Assembly (NCBI GenBank): GCA_032249135.1
Contig: JAVVGL010000012.1
Location: 1-61,592, forward strand
Direction: 5' to 3'
DNA: 61,592 nt
Source of the DNA: Candidatus Calescibacterium sp.
Lineage (GTDB): Bacteria; Calescibacteriota; Calescibacteriia; Calescibacteriales; Calescibacteriaceae
A program made the translations under genes and the position numbers. Positions 30,626-39,593 of the stretch are shown here, in pieces. The notes beneath the pieces were generated by a model. It made no database searches. It was not told where the DNA came from and saw only the letters and a program-made list of their open reading frames with translations. How positions within the stretch are numbered: the first letter of the stretch is position 1; each line of letters begins with the position of its first letter.

Positions 30626-31153
30626 ATGAAGCTCCTGAGAAAAATCAGCGATATTATAGAGAAAGTAGAGAGCTTTCTTATTTTTCTTCTCGTTGCCGCT
30701 ATGGTTCTTCTTTCTTTTTTACAGATAATTTTGAGGAACTTTTTTGCTTTGAGCATTTTTTGGATAGATGATTTCACAAGGCATGCTGTGTTGTGGGTAG
30801 GTTTTTTGGCGGCATCTGTTGTCACAATCCACGCAAGACATATAAATATAGATTTGCTTTCAAGAGCTTTCAAGGGAAAATCAAAAAGAGTTCTCAACAT
30901 TATAAAAAATCTTTTTTCTGCTTTTGTTTCTGCTATTTTGCTTTATGCGTCTTTGAAATTTATATCTTACGAAAAAAGCGGCGGGGAAGTATCTTTGACA
31001 TTAAAAGTCCCGGTATGGTATCTTGAACTAATTTTTCCTTTTTCTTTTTCTCTTATGACTTTCAGGTTCATTATTCTTACTCTTGAAGAAATTTTAGGTA
31101 AATCAAAGAAAGAAGAAGAAAAGAAGGAAGGAGAACAAATGAAATTTATTTGA
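30626..31153 (+). CDS. dctQ: TRAP small permease
   Basis: 4 TM segments; QIILRN..W.DDF.RH.VLWVGFL..HINIDL. Confidence 0.9.
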   Translation: MKLLRKISDIIEKVESFLIFLLVAAMVLLSFLQIILRNFFALSIFWIDDFTRHAVLWVGFLAASVVTIHARHINIDLLSRAFKGKSKRVLNIIKNLFSAFVSAILLYASLKFISYEKSGGEVSLTLKVPVWYLELIFPFSFSLMTFRFIILTLEEILGKSKKEEEKKEGEQMKFI

Positions 31154-31234
31154 TTTGATGATGATTGTATTATTTGATAGAAAAAAATTGAGTTTTTATC
31201 TGATTGTTTTTAAAAGGAGATTTTGAAGTAGGAT

Positions 31235-32770
31235 ATGCTTGCGGTTATAGTTTTACTTTTTGTTTTTCTCCTTGCTTTTTCGGGTACTCCTCTTTTTGCT
31301 ATTATGGCAGTAGGTGCTATATTCGGTTTTCTTTATATAGCAGATGTAGATATTGCTATTGTTATTCAGGAGGCTTATCGACTTGCAAGTGCTCCGGCTT
31401 TGATTGCAATTCCTCTTTTTACTCTTGCAGGTTATATACTTGCGGAATCTCGCGCACCTCAGAGACTTTTGAGATTTACGAAAGCTTGGGTCGGCTGGTT
31501 GCCGGGAGGTGTTCCGCTCGTTGTACTTGTTGCAACATCTATATTTACTGCTCTAACAGGAGCTTCCGGCGTTACAATCGTTGCTCTTGGTGGATTGCTT
31601 TTACCAATTTTAAGGAATGCTGGTTATTCGGAAATTTTCTCTCTTGGTATTATAACTGCTACCGGTTCAATCGGACTTCTATTCCCTCCTTCTTTGCCTA
31701 TCATATTATATGGAGTTATATCGCAAGCTCCCGTTAATGAAATATTTATCGCAGGTCTTATCCCAGGACTTACTACCATCTTAATTTTCTTTATATATTC
31801 TGTTGTTGTGACTTTATTTGCTGGTGGAATTAGGACTGAAAAGTTTAATTTAAAAGAAGCTATATCTGCTACCAAAGAGGCTATTTTTGAAATTCCTTTA
31901 CCTTTATTTATAATATTTGGTATATATACTGGTCTTTTCACTGCATCAGAAGCTGCAACTATAACTGCAATATGGGCAATAATAGTTGAAGTTCTGATTT
32001 ACAGAGATATAAAATTAAAAGACTTTCCAAAAGTTGCAAAAGAGAGTATGCTCCTTGTTGGAGCAATATTCGCTATATTAAGTATGGCGATGGGATTTAC
32101 TAACTTTCTGATAGATCAGCAGATACCTCAGAAACTTTTTGAAATATCTCAGCAGTTCATAAAATCTCGTGAAACTTTCTTTATAGTCCTAAATCTTTTC
32201 CTCTTGGTTGTTGGAATGCTTATGGATATTTTTTCTGCAATCGTTGTTGTTGTTCCCTTGATAGTTCCTGTCGCTTTAAAATATGGAATAGACCCAGTTC
32301 ATCTTGCAATTGTTTTTCTCCTCAACCTTGAAATTGGTTATCTTACTCCTCCTGTCGGTCTTAACCTGTTTATTAGCGCTTTCAGGTTTGGCAAACCCAT
32401 AACTTTCCTTTATAGAGTCTCTGTAAGATTTATTTTCCTTTTTATTATAGCCCTTATTGTGGTGACTTATGTTCCAACTCTTTCTTTGCATTTTGTAAGA
32501 GGGGTAGTTAAGGGGAAGGTTGTAGGAATTGAGGAAAAAGATAAGGAGGTCGTTATGAAGATTCCGGAAGCCAATATTGAATTTAAAATAACACCTGAAA
32601 AGCAGTTCAAGTTTTTTGTTCCTCTTCCAGATTTTTCAAAACCTCACAAGTATCTTATTACTTTTGAGGCAGAAGGGTATAAACCTTTGATGAAGGAAGT
32701 TACTGTAAAGAGAGCGTCTGCTGTTGATTTAGGTGAGATAAAGCTTGAAAAGGAAGAAAGTAGAGAGTGA
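31235..32770 (+). CDS. dctM: TRAP large permease with extra C-terminal soluble domain
   Basis: AIPLFTLAG, TGASG, GSIGLLFPPS, FTASEAA, GYLTPPVGLNLF; about 90 extra hydrophilic residues after the last TM. Confidence 0.93.
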   Translation: MLAVIVLLFVFLLAFSGTPLFAIMAVGAIFGFLYIADVDIAIVIQEAYRLASAPALIAIPLFTLAGYILAESRAPQRLLRFTKAWVGWLPGGVPLVVLVATSIFTALTGASGVTIVALGGLLLPILRNAGYSEIFSLGIITATGSIGLLFPPSLPIILYGVISQAPVNEIFIAGLIPGLTTILIFFIYSVVVTLFAGGIRTEKFNLKEAISATKEAIFEIPLPLFIIFGIYTGLFTASEAATITAIWAIIVEVLIYRDIKLKDFPKVAKESMLLVGAIFAILSMAMGFTNFLIDQQIPQKLFEISQQFIKSRETFFIVLNLFLLVVGMLMDIFSAIVVVVPLIVPVALKYGIDPVHLAIVFLLNLEIGYLTPPVGLNLFISAFRFGKPITFLYRVSVRFIFLFIIALIVVTYVPTLSLHFVRGVVKGKVVGIEEKDKEVVMKIPEANIEFKITPEKQFKFFVPLPDFSKPHKYLITFEAEGYKPLMKEVTVKRASAVDLGEIKLEKEESRE

Positions 32771-32773
32771 ATT

Positions 32774-32849
32774 TGGTTGCGGGGGCGGGACTCGAACCCG
32801 CGACCTCCGGGTTATGAGCCCGGCGAGCTACCATCTGCTCTACCCCGCG
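32774..32849 (-). tRNA. tRNA-Met (CAT), initiator type
   Basis: Reverse complement CGCGGGGTAGAGCAGATGGTAGCTCGCCGGGCTCATAACCCGGAGGTCGCGGGTTCGAGTCCCGCCCCCGCAACCA: C1:A72 mismatch, three G-C anticodon-stem pairs, encoded CCA. Confidence 0.97.
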
Positions 32850-32948
32850 CCTTTATTCTTTATGATAATCTTTCCTTCACAAAAAATCAAAAAAGCAAAA
32901 ATTTGTGCTTCAAACATATCCAAATCTCTAAATATAGTTCCAAATCTC

Positions 32949-32975
32949 TAAACTCCTCTTGATTTTTTCCGATAA
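32949..32975 (+). promoter_or_regulatory. Sigma-28 (FliA) promoter of fliW
   Basis: TAAA-N15-TCCGATAA (consensus TAAA-N15-GCCGATAA). Confidence 0.8.
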
Positions 32976-32985
32976 TCTAATCATT

Positions 32986-33474
32986 ATGATTTTTCATTCA
33001 AAACTCTTTGGCGATATAAATATAGACGAATCTGAAGTTTTTGAGTTCCCGTCAGGTATAATAGGTTTCAATGATCTGAAAAAGTTCTTTTTCCTCAAAG
33101 TTGTAAATAATAACTTACCTTTCCCGTTGGAAGTTATGCATTCTTTTGAAAGAGATAACCTTGCTTTTTTTGTTGTAGATCCATATTATATTGCTCCTAA
33201 TTTTTCAATCTTGGCAAAACCGGAAGAAATTCAGGAGTTAGGACAAGGTGATATAGTTGATATTGTTGTGAGGGTAATATTGAGATTTGAAGGCGGAAAG
33301 GTTTTTGCCAATTTCCTCGCTCCTTTTGTTATAAACACTCGCACAAAAAAAGGAAAACACATGATTCTTGAAGGTTCAGAAGAACTTTTAGATGTAGAAA
33401 TAGAAATAAAAAATGAGGAGAAACAGGAGAAGGGAGAAGGTAGTTTATCATTATCCGTTGTGGAAAAAAGATAA
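32986..33474 (+). CDS. fliW: Flagellar assembly factor FliW
   Basis: SKLFG.I..FPSGIIGF..LAFFVVDP..ANFLAPFVIN. ATG 32986 fits downstream of the sigma-28 promoter. Confidence 0.9.
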   Translation: MIFHSKLFGDINIDESEVFEFPSGIIGFNDLKKFFFLKVVNNNLPFPLEVMHSFERDNLAFFVVDPYYIAPNFSILAKPEEIQELGQGDIVDIVVRVILRFEGGKVFANFLAPFVINTRTKKGKHMILEGSEELLDVEIEIKNEEKQEKGEGSLSLSVVEKR

Positions 33475-33536
33475 ACAAATATAAAGTAGGGAAACAAATA
33501 AGAAGAAAAATTAAAAAGAAAAGGAGGTAATATAAG

Positions 33537-35237
33537 ATGGGAAATACAATCTCGGTTTGCATGATAGCAAGGAATGAGGAAGAGAACATAAAAAATTCTT
33601 TGGAATGTGCAAGGAAATTCGCGGATGAGATTATAGTTGTTGATACGGGAAGTGAAGATGCTACTCCCGAAATAGCTCGTAGCATGGGAGCAAAAGTTTA
33701 TTTTTTCCCCTGGTGTGATGATTTTTCTGCTGCAAGAAATGAGTCTTTAAAATATGCAACTTGTGATTGGATCATCTGGCTTGACGCAGACGATATAATA
33801 GACGATGTAAATATAGAAAGAATAAAAGAACTCAAAAAGATTCTTCCACCAGAAAAAAATGAAGCTTACCTTTTCCTTATTGAAACCAAAATGGTGGGAG
33901 CAGATGAAGATACATGGTATTGGTATCAAATAAGGATGTTTCCAAATCACAAAGAAATAAGGTTTGAGGGAAAAATTCATGAACAAGTTACTTTCTCTCT
34001 TTTAAGGCTCGGAATAAAAGAGAAAGCTGTTAACATAAAAATAACTCATACAGGATATATTAAAAAAGAAAAGCTTATGGAGAAACTCCTGAGAAATTTA
34101 AGATTACTTGAAGAAGAAGAAAAAAGAGAGAATTCTTTTTGGCCAAAAAGATATCTTGCATTCTCTTATGCAAACCTCGGGAGAATTGATGATGCGATAA
34201 AGAAGATAGATGAGGCTCTTGAACTTGTTCCAAAAGATTCTCCAATATGGATCTATGACCTAAATATGACAGCTTATGAAATAAAAAGAGTTAAGGGAAA
34301 TTGGGACGAAGTTATGAGGCATCTTGAAGAAGCTGAAAAGGCAAAACCAGATGAGGGAGCAGTAAATATAGCAAAAGCTGATGTTTTCTTTGCAAAAAAA
34401 GATTATGAGAAGGCACTTGAAGAGCTTGAAAAAGCAAAGAAGAAAGGTTTTGGTGTTAATCTTATTGCTGTCTCTCCTAATTCCTTAATAAGAAAGTATT
34501 ATCTGGGGATGGCAAGGGTTCTTTACCATCTTAAAAAATATCAAGAATCATTAAGGCATTTTAAGAAGGTCTTTGAGCTCTCTCCCAATTTTTTCTCCTG
34601 GCAAACAGAGGCGGTTGATGAGTTCGTAGATTGTGCTATGAAAATCGGAGAATACGAGTTAGCTTACAAAATTCTCAAAAGCATTGAAAGTAAGCTCTCA
34701 CCATATCAACTTTCTAATCTTGCTTTCGTGAGCGAAATACTTCAAAAATTAGACGAAGCGCAAGAATACTACAAGAAAGCATACGAAGAAACAGAAGGTA
34801 AAATCCCATCCGTTATTTTTAACTATGCTCAATTTGAGTTCATGCACGGAGATAAAAAGAATGCCCTTGAGCTCTTTACAAAATATCTCGGTGTTGTTGA
34901 ACCATCTGATGAAAACAAGATCTCTATTTTATCTGCTCTCACCTGTGTTGCAAATATTTTGCTCAAATCCGGAGAGCTCAAAACATCAGTTGAAATCCTA
35001 TCTACTGCTTGTGAAGCGGCAGGAGTCCGGGTTTATGCTGATTCAATTTCTGATTTAGCTCTTGCATGGATAAAAATATCCGAGTTTTTCAAAAATCCAT
35101 TTATGAAAAATATTTCATTTGAAAATGCAATCACGACTTTGAAATTCGCTCCGGAAGAAGAAAGAGACATTAAAGAAAAAGTCATTCAAATCCTCAAAGA
35201 AAAAACGGAAAGACTTTTCTTATCTTTGCAGCAATGA
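33537..35237 (+). CDS. GT2 glycosyltransferase with TPR repeats (probable flagellin glycosylation)
   Basis: ISVCMIARNEE, VDTGSED, DDFSAARN, LDADD, IHEQ, HTGY, then TPR-like helices; overlaps the flagellin start. Confidence 0.9.
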   Translation: MGNTISVCMIARNEEENIKNSLECARKFADEIIVVDTGSEDATPEIARSMGAKVYFFPWCDDFSAARNESLKYATCDWIIWLDADDIIDDVNIERIKELKKILPPEKNEAYLFLIETKMVGADEDTWYWYQIRMFPNHKEIRFEGKIHEQVTFSLLRLGIKEKAVNIKITHTGYIKKEKLMEKLLRNLRLLEEEEKRENSFWPKRYLAFSYANLGRIDDAIKKIDEALELVPKDSPIWIYDLNMTAYEIKRVKGNWDEVMRHLEEAEKAKPDEGAVNIAKADVFFAKKDYEKALEELEKAKKKGFGVNLIAVSPNSLIRKYYLGMARVLYHLKKYQESLRHFKKVFELSPNFFSWQTEAVDEFVDCAMKIGEYELAYKILKSIESKLSPYQLSNLAFVSEILQKLDEAQEYYKKAYEETEGKIPSVIFNYAQFEFMHGDKKNALELFTKYLGVVEPSDENKISILSALTCVANILLKSGELKTSVEILSTACEAAGVRVYADSISDLALAWIKISEFFKNPFMKNISFENAITTLKFAPEEERDIKEKVIQILKEKTERLFLSLQQ

Positions 35238-36346
35238 AGATGTTGAAAATATCTTCTCTTTTCATCTCGGGAAAAATAAGCAAAAATGTTGATGAGCTCA
35301 AATTAATACAAAATAGGTTATCTTCAGGAAAAATTTTACCACAAGATTCTCCCTCTTCTCTTTCTCTATCCAGATCTTTGAAGTTGAAAGTAGAATCTTT
35401 GGAGTTCATATCTCAACACATAACGAAAATTTCAACTGCACTTCAAAATTATGAAAGCGTAATTCAAGATGTTAGTTCTTTTGTTGAGAAATTGAAATCT
35501 ATAGCTTTGAGAGCATCACAGACAAAAGATAGTCAGGAATTTTCCGAACTCGCAAATGCATATAAAGAAACCCTCTCTGCTTTGCAAGAATTTGTAAAAA
35601 AATCTACCTTTCTCTCAAAAATATTGGCAAGGGGAGGATTTTCAAATTCTGTTTTAGCAGTTGAGGTAATTTCTGGGCAGGTTAATTTTTCTCAAAAATC
35701 CCTTGATGCTTCGGGCTTGAATTTCAGAAAATATGGAATAGAGGAAGGAGGCAAATTTGAAATCAAGATACAAAAATCAGGAGATACAATTCAAGCTACT
35801 CTTTTTGTAAATGGATCAGCAGTTTTTTCTGAAACAAAAGAACTTGCCTCAAAACCCTCAGATATGCCTTTTTTTGCAGATTTTGAAGATTTAGGAATAA
35901 GACTTCAAGTTCCTCCGAACTCTGGTGATTTTGAGGTCAAATTCAAAGTTAGTGCCGACCCAATACTTACTATTTTTGGAGATGGTTTGCACGATGAGGA
36001 GAGATTTTTCTTACCTTCACTTGAACCTGATTTCCTCGGTATTCCAGCTGATATAAATTCAGAAACAGAGAAGATACCTATGGTTTTGGATATAGTTCTT
36101 TCAAAGCTATCTCAAATAAGAGCGGAGGTCGGAGAAAAATTATCAAAGTTAAACCAAAGAAATGATCTTAATGATATAATAAAATCTAAGCTTAAAATTA
36201 TGAACTCCTCGCTTGAAGAGACTGATTTTTCATCTGAATCTATCTTACTTTCTTTAAAACAAGTTATGCTTTCAGCTAATATATTAGCTGCTCAAAGAGC
36301 AATAGCCCTTATCAGAGAAGGCGTCAATATACTGATGAGGAGATAG
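35234..36346 (+). CDS. Highly divergent flagellin-family protein
   Basis: NRLSSGKI..LKSIALRAS N-terminal helix; LSQIRAEVG..SSLEETDF..ILM C-terminal helix; fliW/flaG/fliS context. Confidence 0.75.
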   Translation: MKMLKISSLFISGKISKNVDELKLIQNRLSSGKILPQDSPSSLSLSRSLKLKVESLEFISQHITKISTALQNYESVIQDVSSFVEKLKSIALRASQTKDSQEFSELANAYKETLSALQEFVKKSTFLSKILARGGFSNSVLAVEVISGQVNFSQKSLDASGLNFRKYGIEEGGKFEIKIQKSGDTIQATLFVNGSAVFSETKELASKPSDMPFFADFEDLGIRLQVPPNSGDFEVKFKVSADPILTIFGDGLHDEERFFLPSLEPDFLGIPADINSETEKIPMVLDIVLSKLSQIRAEVGEKLSKLNQRNDLNDIIKSKLKIMNSSLEETDFSSESILLSLKQVMLSANILAAQRAIALIREGVNILMRR

Positions 36347-36350
36347 TAAA

Positions 36351-36377
36351 TAAACTTTTTTTGTTTTTTTCCGAAAT
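36351..36377 (+). promoter_or_regulatory. Sigma-28 promoter of flaG
   Basis: TAAA-N15-TCCGAAAT. Confidence 0.65.
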
Positions 36378-36400
36378 AAAAATTATATTATAAATTGAGG

Positions 36401-36428
36401 GGATGGAAAGGAAGCCGTCCAAAGGAGG
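36401..36428 (+). promoter_or_regulatory. CsrA-type binding hairpin plus GGA-containing RBS in the flaG leader
   Basis: Stem GGATGG/CCGTCC with loop AAAGGAAG, followed by AAGGAGG. Confidence 0.55.
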
Positions 36429-36440
36429 GTGTGAGAAGGC

Positions 36441-36809
36441 ATGGATGTGAAAATACAAGTAGAAAACCAAAATATTGAAGGTTTTGCATTAGCGGAAATC
36501 AAAAGTGAGAATGTCAAAAAAGTTATAGGAGAACTTAATTCAATTAAATCTAACTATATAGCTGGTGTGAGTGGTTCAATTGATTTTGAGCAGATGCAGA
36601 AAATTATAGAAGCTGTTAATTCAAAACTTCAATCTCTTGGAATTTTCCTTGCTTTTGATAAAATTGGGAACTTACCCGTTGTTAAAGTCGTAACTCATAC
36701 TGGTGAGGTTATAAAAGTTTTTCCTTCAGAGGAAGTGGGAAGAATATTGGAGAGAGTTAGCCTATTTTTTGATATACTTTTTGACTTTATTATATCACAG
36801 TATGCTTAA
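36441..36809 (+). CDS. flaG: Flagellar protein FlaG
   Basis: VVKVV..TGEVIKVFPSEEV motif; size and context fit. Confidence 0.8.
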   Translation: MDVKIQVENQNIEGFALAEIKSENVKKVIGELNSIKSNYIAGVSGSIDFEQMQKIIEAVNSKLQSLGIFLAFDKIGNLPVVKVVTHTGEVIKVFPSEEVGRILERVSLFFDILFDFIISQYA

Positions 36810-36869
36810 ATTTTTGTTTTGATTTTATTTTAAATTGTTTTCCCATTAAAAATTGTTGAGTTTTTTGTT

Positions 36870-37352
36870 ATGGCAAAAATTTTAGATGATTTGAATCTGA
36901 GAAATATAGAGGTTGAAGTCGAACCTGAAGGGACACAGAAAGACGGCGGTGAAGAAAAAAATTCAGCCTCAAATTCTTTTCAAATCAATAGTATAAGTTC
37001 TGAGAAAAATTTTTTTCTTAACTCTGTGAAGACTGCTGATCCTGTTTCTTTACTCCTTATGTGTTATGACCTTGCAAAATCTGAAATAAAGAAAGCGATA
37101 GATGGAATAAAAAATAAAGATTATGAGAAAAAGTACGAGGGAATATCAAATGCTTTGAAAATTTTTGATGTCCTTCTGGCTACTACCGAACCAAACGAGG
37201 TTGGGAAATATCTTATTACATCTTACCTTTTTATAACAAAAAAAATAACCGAAGGTAGTATAAATCTTGATGTTGAGGTTTTAGAAAAGGTTATAGGTTA
37301 TATTGATGAGCTTGAATCGGCTTGGAAAAAGATGATGCAATCTAATCCTTGA
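36870..37352 (+). CDS. fliS: Flagellin export chaperone FliS
   Basis: VKTADPVSLLLMCYD..A.., L..Y.F, ELESAW. Confidence 0.88.
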   Translation: MAKILDDLNLRNIEVEVEPEGTQKDGGEEKNSASNSFQINSISSEKNFFLNSVKTADPVSLLLMCYDLAKSEIKKAIDGIKNKDYEKKYEGISNALKIFDVLLATTEPNEVGKYLITSYLFITKKITEGSINLDVEVLEKVIGYIDELESAWKKMMQSNP

Positions 37353-38199
37353 TTTTTTCTTTAATCTTTGAAATTTCATCCTTGTGGTAATTGCATAGGG
37401 TTATTTTTCCTGACTTTGATTTGAGTAAAGATTCAGTTGTATGAGAATCAGAGAAAAAACAAGTTTCATTTTGGCAAAATCCTATTCCATACTTTATCCA
37501 AAGTAAAGAAAGAATAATGTATGGTCTTGCAAGGAGCGGGAAATTATTTTCTATCTCCTCTTGAAGTGAATAACCTTTTACTATTGCTACATCTTCACTT
37601 ATCATCTTTGATATGTGGTATTCTTTTGGTTTTGCTGGAGCTGAGAAAAATCCTTTTTCTGATATCAAAGAAGGATACCCTAAAACTGCAATCCGGAGGT
37701 GATATCTTCCGTCTTCCCCAAAAGTTGCTATCTGTCTATCTGTTATTACTACTGGAATATTCTCTAAATCTATTTTTTCTATGAGTTTTTGGTGGAGCAA
37801 AGCGGAAAGCATGATTGATTGGAGAAAAAAACCGTCGTAGAGTATTCCCCAACCTTTTATCTTACCTTCTGCTTTCTTTCTTTCAAATGATATTTCTGCC
37901 GGGGCTACATATTCGTGTAGCTTGAATTCATTCCATCTTATTACTCTTATTCTTACGAGGTTTTTGTAAATTTCTTCTAATTCATTATAGTTTTCCCATA
38001 TTTTACCTTTTACTATTATTTCTGCTGGGATTCCGAACCACTGCAAAAGAGAATTAGTAATACTTGAAACTATATTTACTTTGTGTTCATCAACTCCCTC
38101 GTAAAAGATGAGAATTTTACTTTTTTTTCTCTTCTGCTTTTTTATTTTATTTTGATTGTTGTTTTCTCTTTTCTTTTTGCTGTTCCTTTTTGATTTCAT
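37342..38199 (-). CDS. Conserved hypothetical protein, DUF6775-like putative metallopeptidase (archaeal-type)
   Basis: YDGF, ITDRQIATF.EDGRYH, P.LIS..G...APAKPKEY, FC....C....H, LC..H. Confidence 0.6.
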   Translation of the reverse strand: MKSKRNSKKKRENNNQNKIKKQKRKKSKILIFYEGVDEHKVNIVSSITNSLLQWFGIPAEIIVKGKIWENYNELEEIYKNLVRIRVIRWNEFKLHEYVAPAEISFERKKAEGKIKGWGILYDGFFLQSIMLSALLHQKLIEKIDLENIPVVITDRQIATFGEDGRYHLRIAVLGYPSLISEKGFFSAPAKPKEYHISKMISEDVAIVKGYSLQEEIENNFPLLARPYIILSLLWIKYGIGFCQNETCFFSDSHTTESLLKSKSGKITLCNYHKDEISKIKEKIKD

Positions 38200-38983
38200 C
38201 TATTATTATTTCTGCTGCTCTTTTCCCAGACATCAGGACACCCCCGAAAGTTGGTCCCATTCTTGGGAGTCCGTAGGTTTCAGATACAGCCATACCTGCT
38301 ACATAAAGTCCTGGGAAAACTTCACCTGTGTGCTCTACTATGAGATCCTCCGACATTTCTACCCACATTGCTCCCATTCCTTTTGTTTTCACAAGTCCTC
38401 TTGCTTCAAGACTTTTTACTGCATACGCATCATGTCCTGTTGCATCTATCAAGAATTTGCATTCGAGAGCAACCGGGTCTACACAAGTTATTTCTCTTGG
38501 GAGAGCCGAAACCGGTGTCCAATTTACTACCACACCTGATACTCTCCCATCTTTTATAACAAGGTCATCAAAAGATGTCATCTGTAAGAACTTCACACCG
38601 GCATCGCATGCTGCTGCAATGAGTTTTGAAACTGCTTCCGGCCCGTGAGTTATAAATAGACCTGGTTTTACCTCTTGAAGTTTAACTCCTATTTCTTCAA
38701 GTATTTCGTGCCCTGGTGCCCTTACTGTTATTGTGTTCATAAGATAACCACCTATCCAGAATCCACCTCCAAGGTAGTTGTTTCTTTCTATTATAAGGAC
38801 TTTAACGCCGTTTTTTGCAAGTTCTTTTGCGGCAACGAGCCCTGCTGGACCCGCTCCAAGAACAATAACATCTGTTGATGAATATTCTTCAAGCATCTTC
38901 ATAAAACCTGAAACTATTGCATGAGTTATGTCTTTTTCTTCTATCTCAGAAAATATTTTCTTCTTGCCAGATTTACTTTTCAT
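38147..38983 (-). CDS. thi4: Thi4-family thiazole synthase, Cys-type
   Basis: GAGPAGL, LGGGFWIGG, VNW..REITCVDP, DATGHDA, GMAV..PRMGPTFGG. Confidence 0.95.
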   Translation of the reverse strand: MKSKSGKKKIFSEIEEKDITHAIVSGFMKMLEEYSSTDVIVLGAGPAGLVAAKELAKNGVKVLIIERNNYLGGGFWIGGYLMNTITVRAPGHEILEEIGVKLQEVKPGLFITHGPEAVSKLIAAACDAGVKFLQMTSFDDLVIKDGRVSGVVVNWTPVSALPREITCVDPVALECKFLIDATGHDAYAVKSLEARGLVKTKGMGAMWVEMSEDLIVEHTGEVFPGLYVAGMAVSETYGLPRMGPTFGGVLMSGKRAAEIIIDEIKKEQQKEKRKQQSK

Positions 38984-39147
38984 TTTATTTTACCTCCTTT
39001 TTTCTCTTTAATCTTTTATTTTTAGTGATTTTCCTTGAAATTTTTACATTTTCAGCTTTTTAGCTTTGGTGAAATTTATATGCTGAAGAAAACCAAAATT
39101 TTCTTAAAAAATTATTTTCTTTCTTTTTTTGTCTAAATTCAAAAATT

Positions 39148-39462
39148 ATGCCTGTCACAAAGAGTGCTAAAAGACAACTGAGGAAAGCTGAAAAAAGAAG
39201 GGAGCGAAACCTTTATCACCTCACAAGAATGAAAAATTCTATTCGTATTTTTAAGAAAAAATTGATGGAAATAATTCAAAATCAAGTTGAGATTTCAGAT
39301 CAGCTTAAATCTGAACTTGAAAGTGAGTTCAGGAAAGTGGTATCTATAATATCTCATGTAGCTTCAAAAGGAGTGATACACAAAAACGAGGCAAGAAGAA
39401 GAATTTCAAGATTGCATCTACTTTTTAACAAAGCTTTGAAGGTTGGGCAGCAAAAATCTTAA
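39148..39462 (+). CDS. rpsT: 30S ribosomal protein S20
   Basis: KSAKRQLR..RN, KGVIHKNEARRRISRL. Confidence 0.95.
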   Translation: MPVTKSAKRQLRKAEKRRERNLYHLTRMKNSIRIFKKKLMEIIQNQVEISDQLKSELESEFRKVVSIISHVASKGVIHKNEARRRISRLHLLFNKALKVGQQKS

Positions 39463-39557
39463 AAAAAATACCAGAAGTTTTTAAAAAATTAGAAGATTAA
39501 AAAAAGCCGGAAAAATGTAAAAAAATAAGTAAAAAATAAAAAGAAAAATTTAAATTA

Positions 39558-39573
39558 TTGAACATTTGTTCAA
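39558..39573. promoter_or_regulatory. Perfect palindromic operator candidate TTGAAC-ATTT-GTTCAA
   Basis: Immediately upstream of the RBS (GGGGGTG) of the extended SDR gene. Confidence 0.55.
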
Positions 39574-39593
39574 ATTTGAAGGGGGTGTTTCTT

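Noticed and set aside
32774-32849. tRNA as an integration site for an island
   Set aside because: I saw no integrase and no duplicated tRNA 3' end in the window.
32745-32962. Short ORFs of 68 and 61 aa
   Set aside because: They are antisense translations of the tRNA-Met gene.
38984-39147. TPP riboswitch upstream of thi4
   Set aside because: No recognisable conserved TPP aptamer core; the region is AT-rich.
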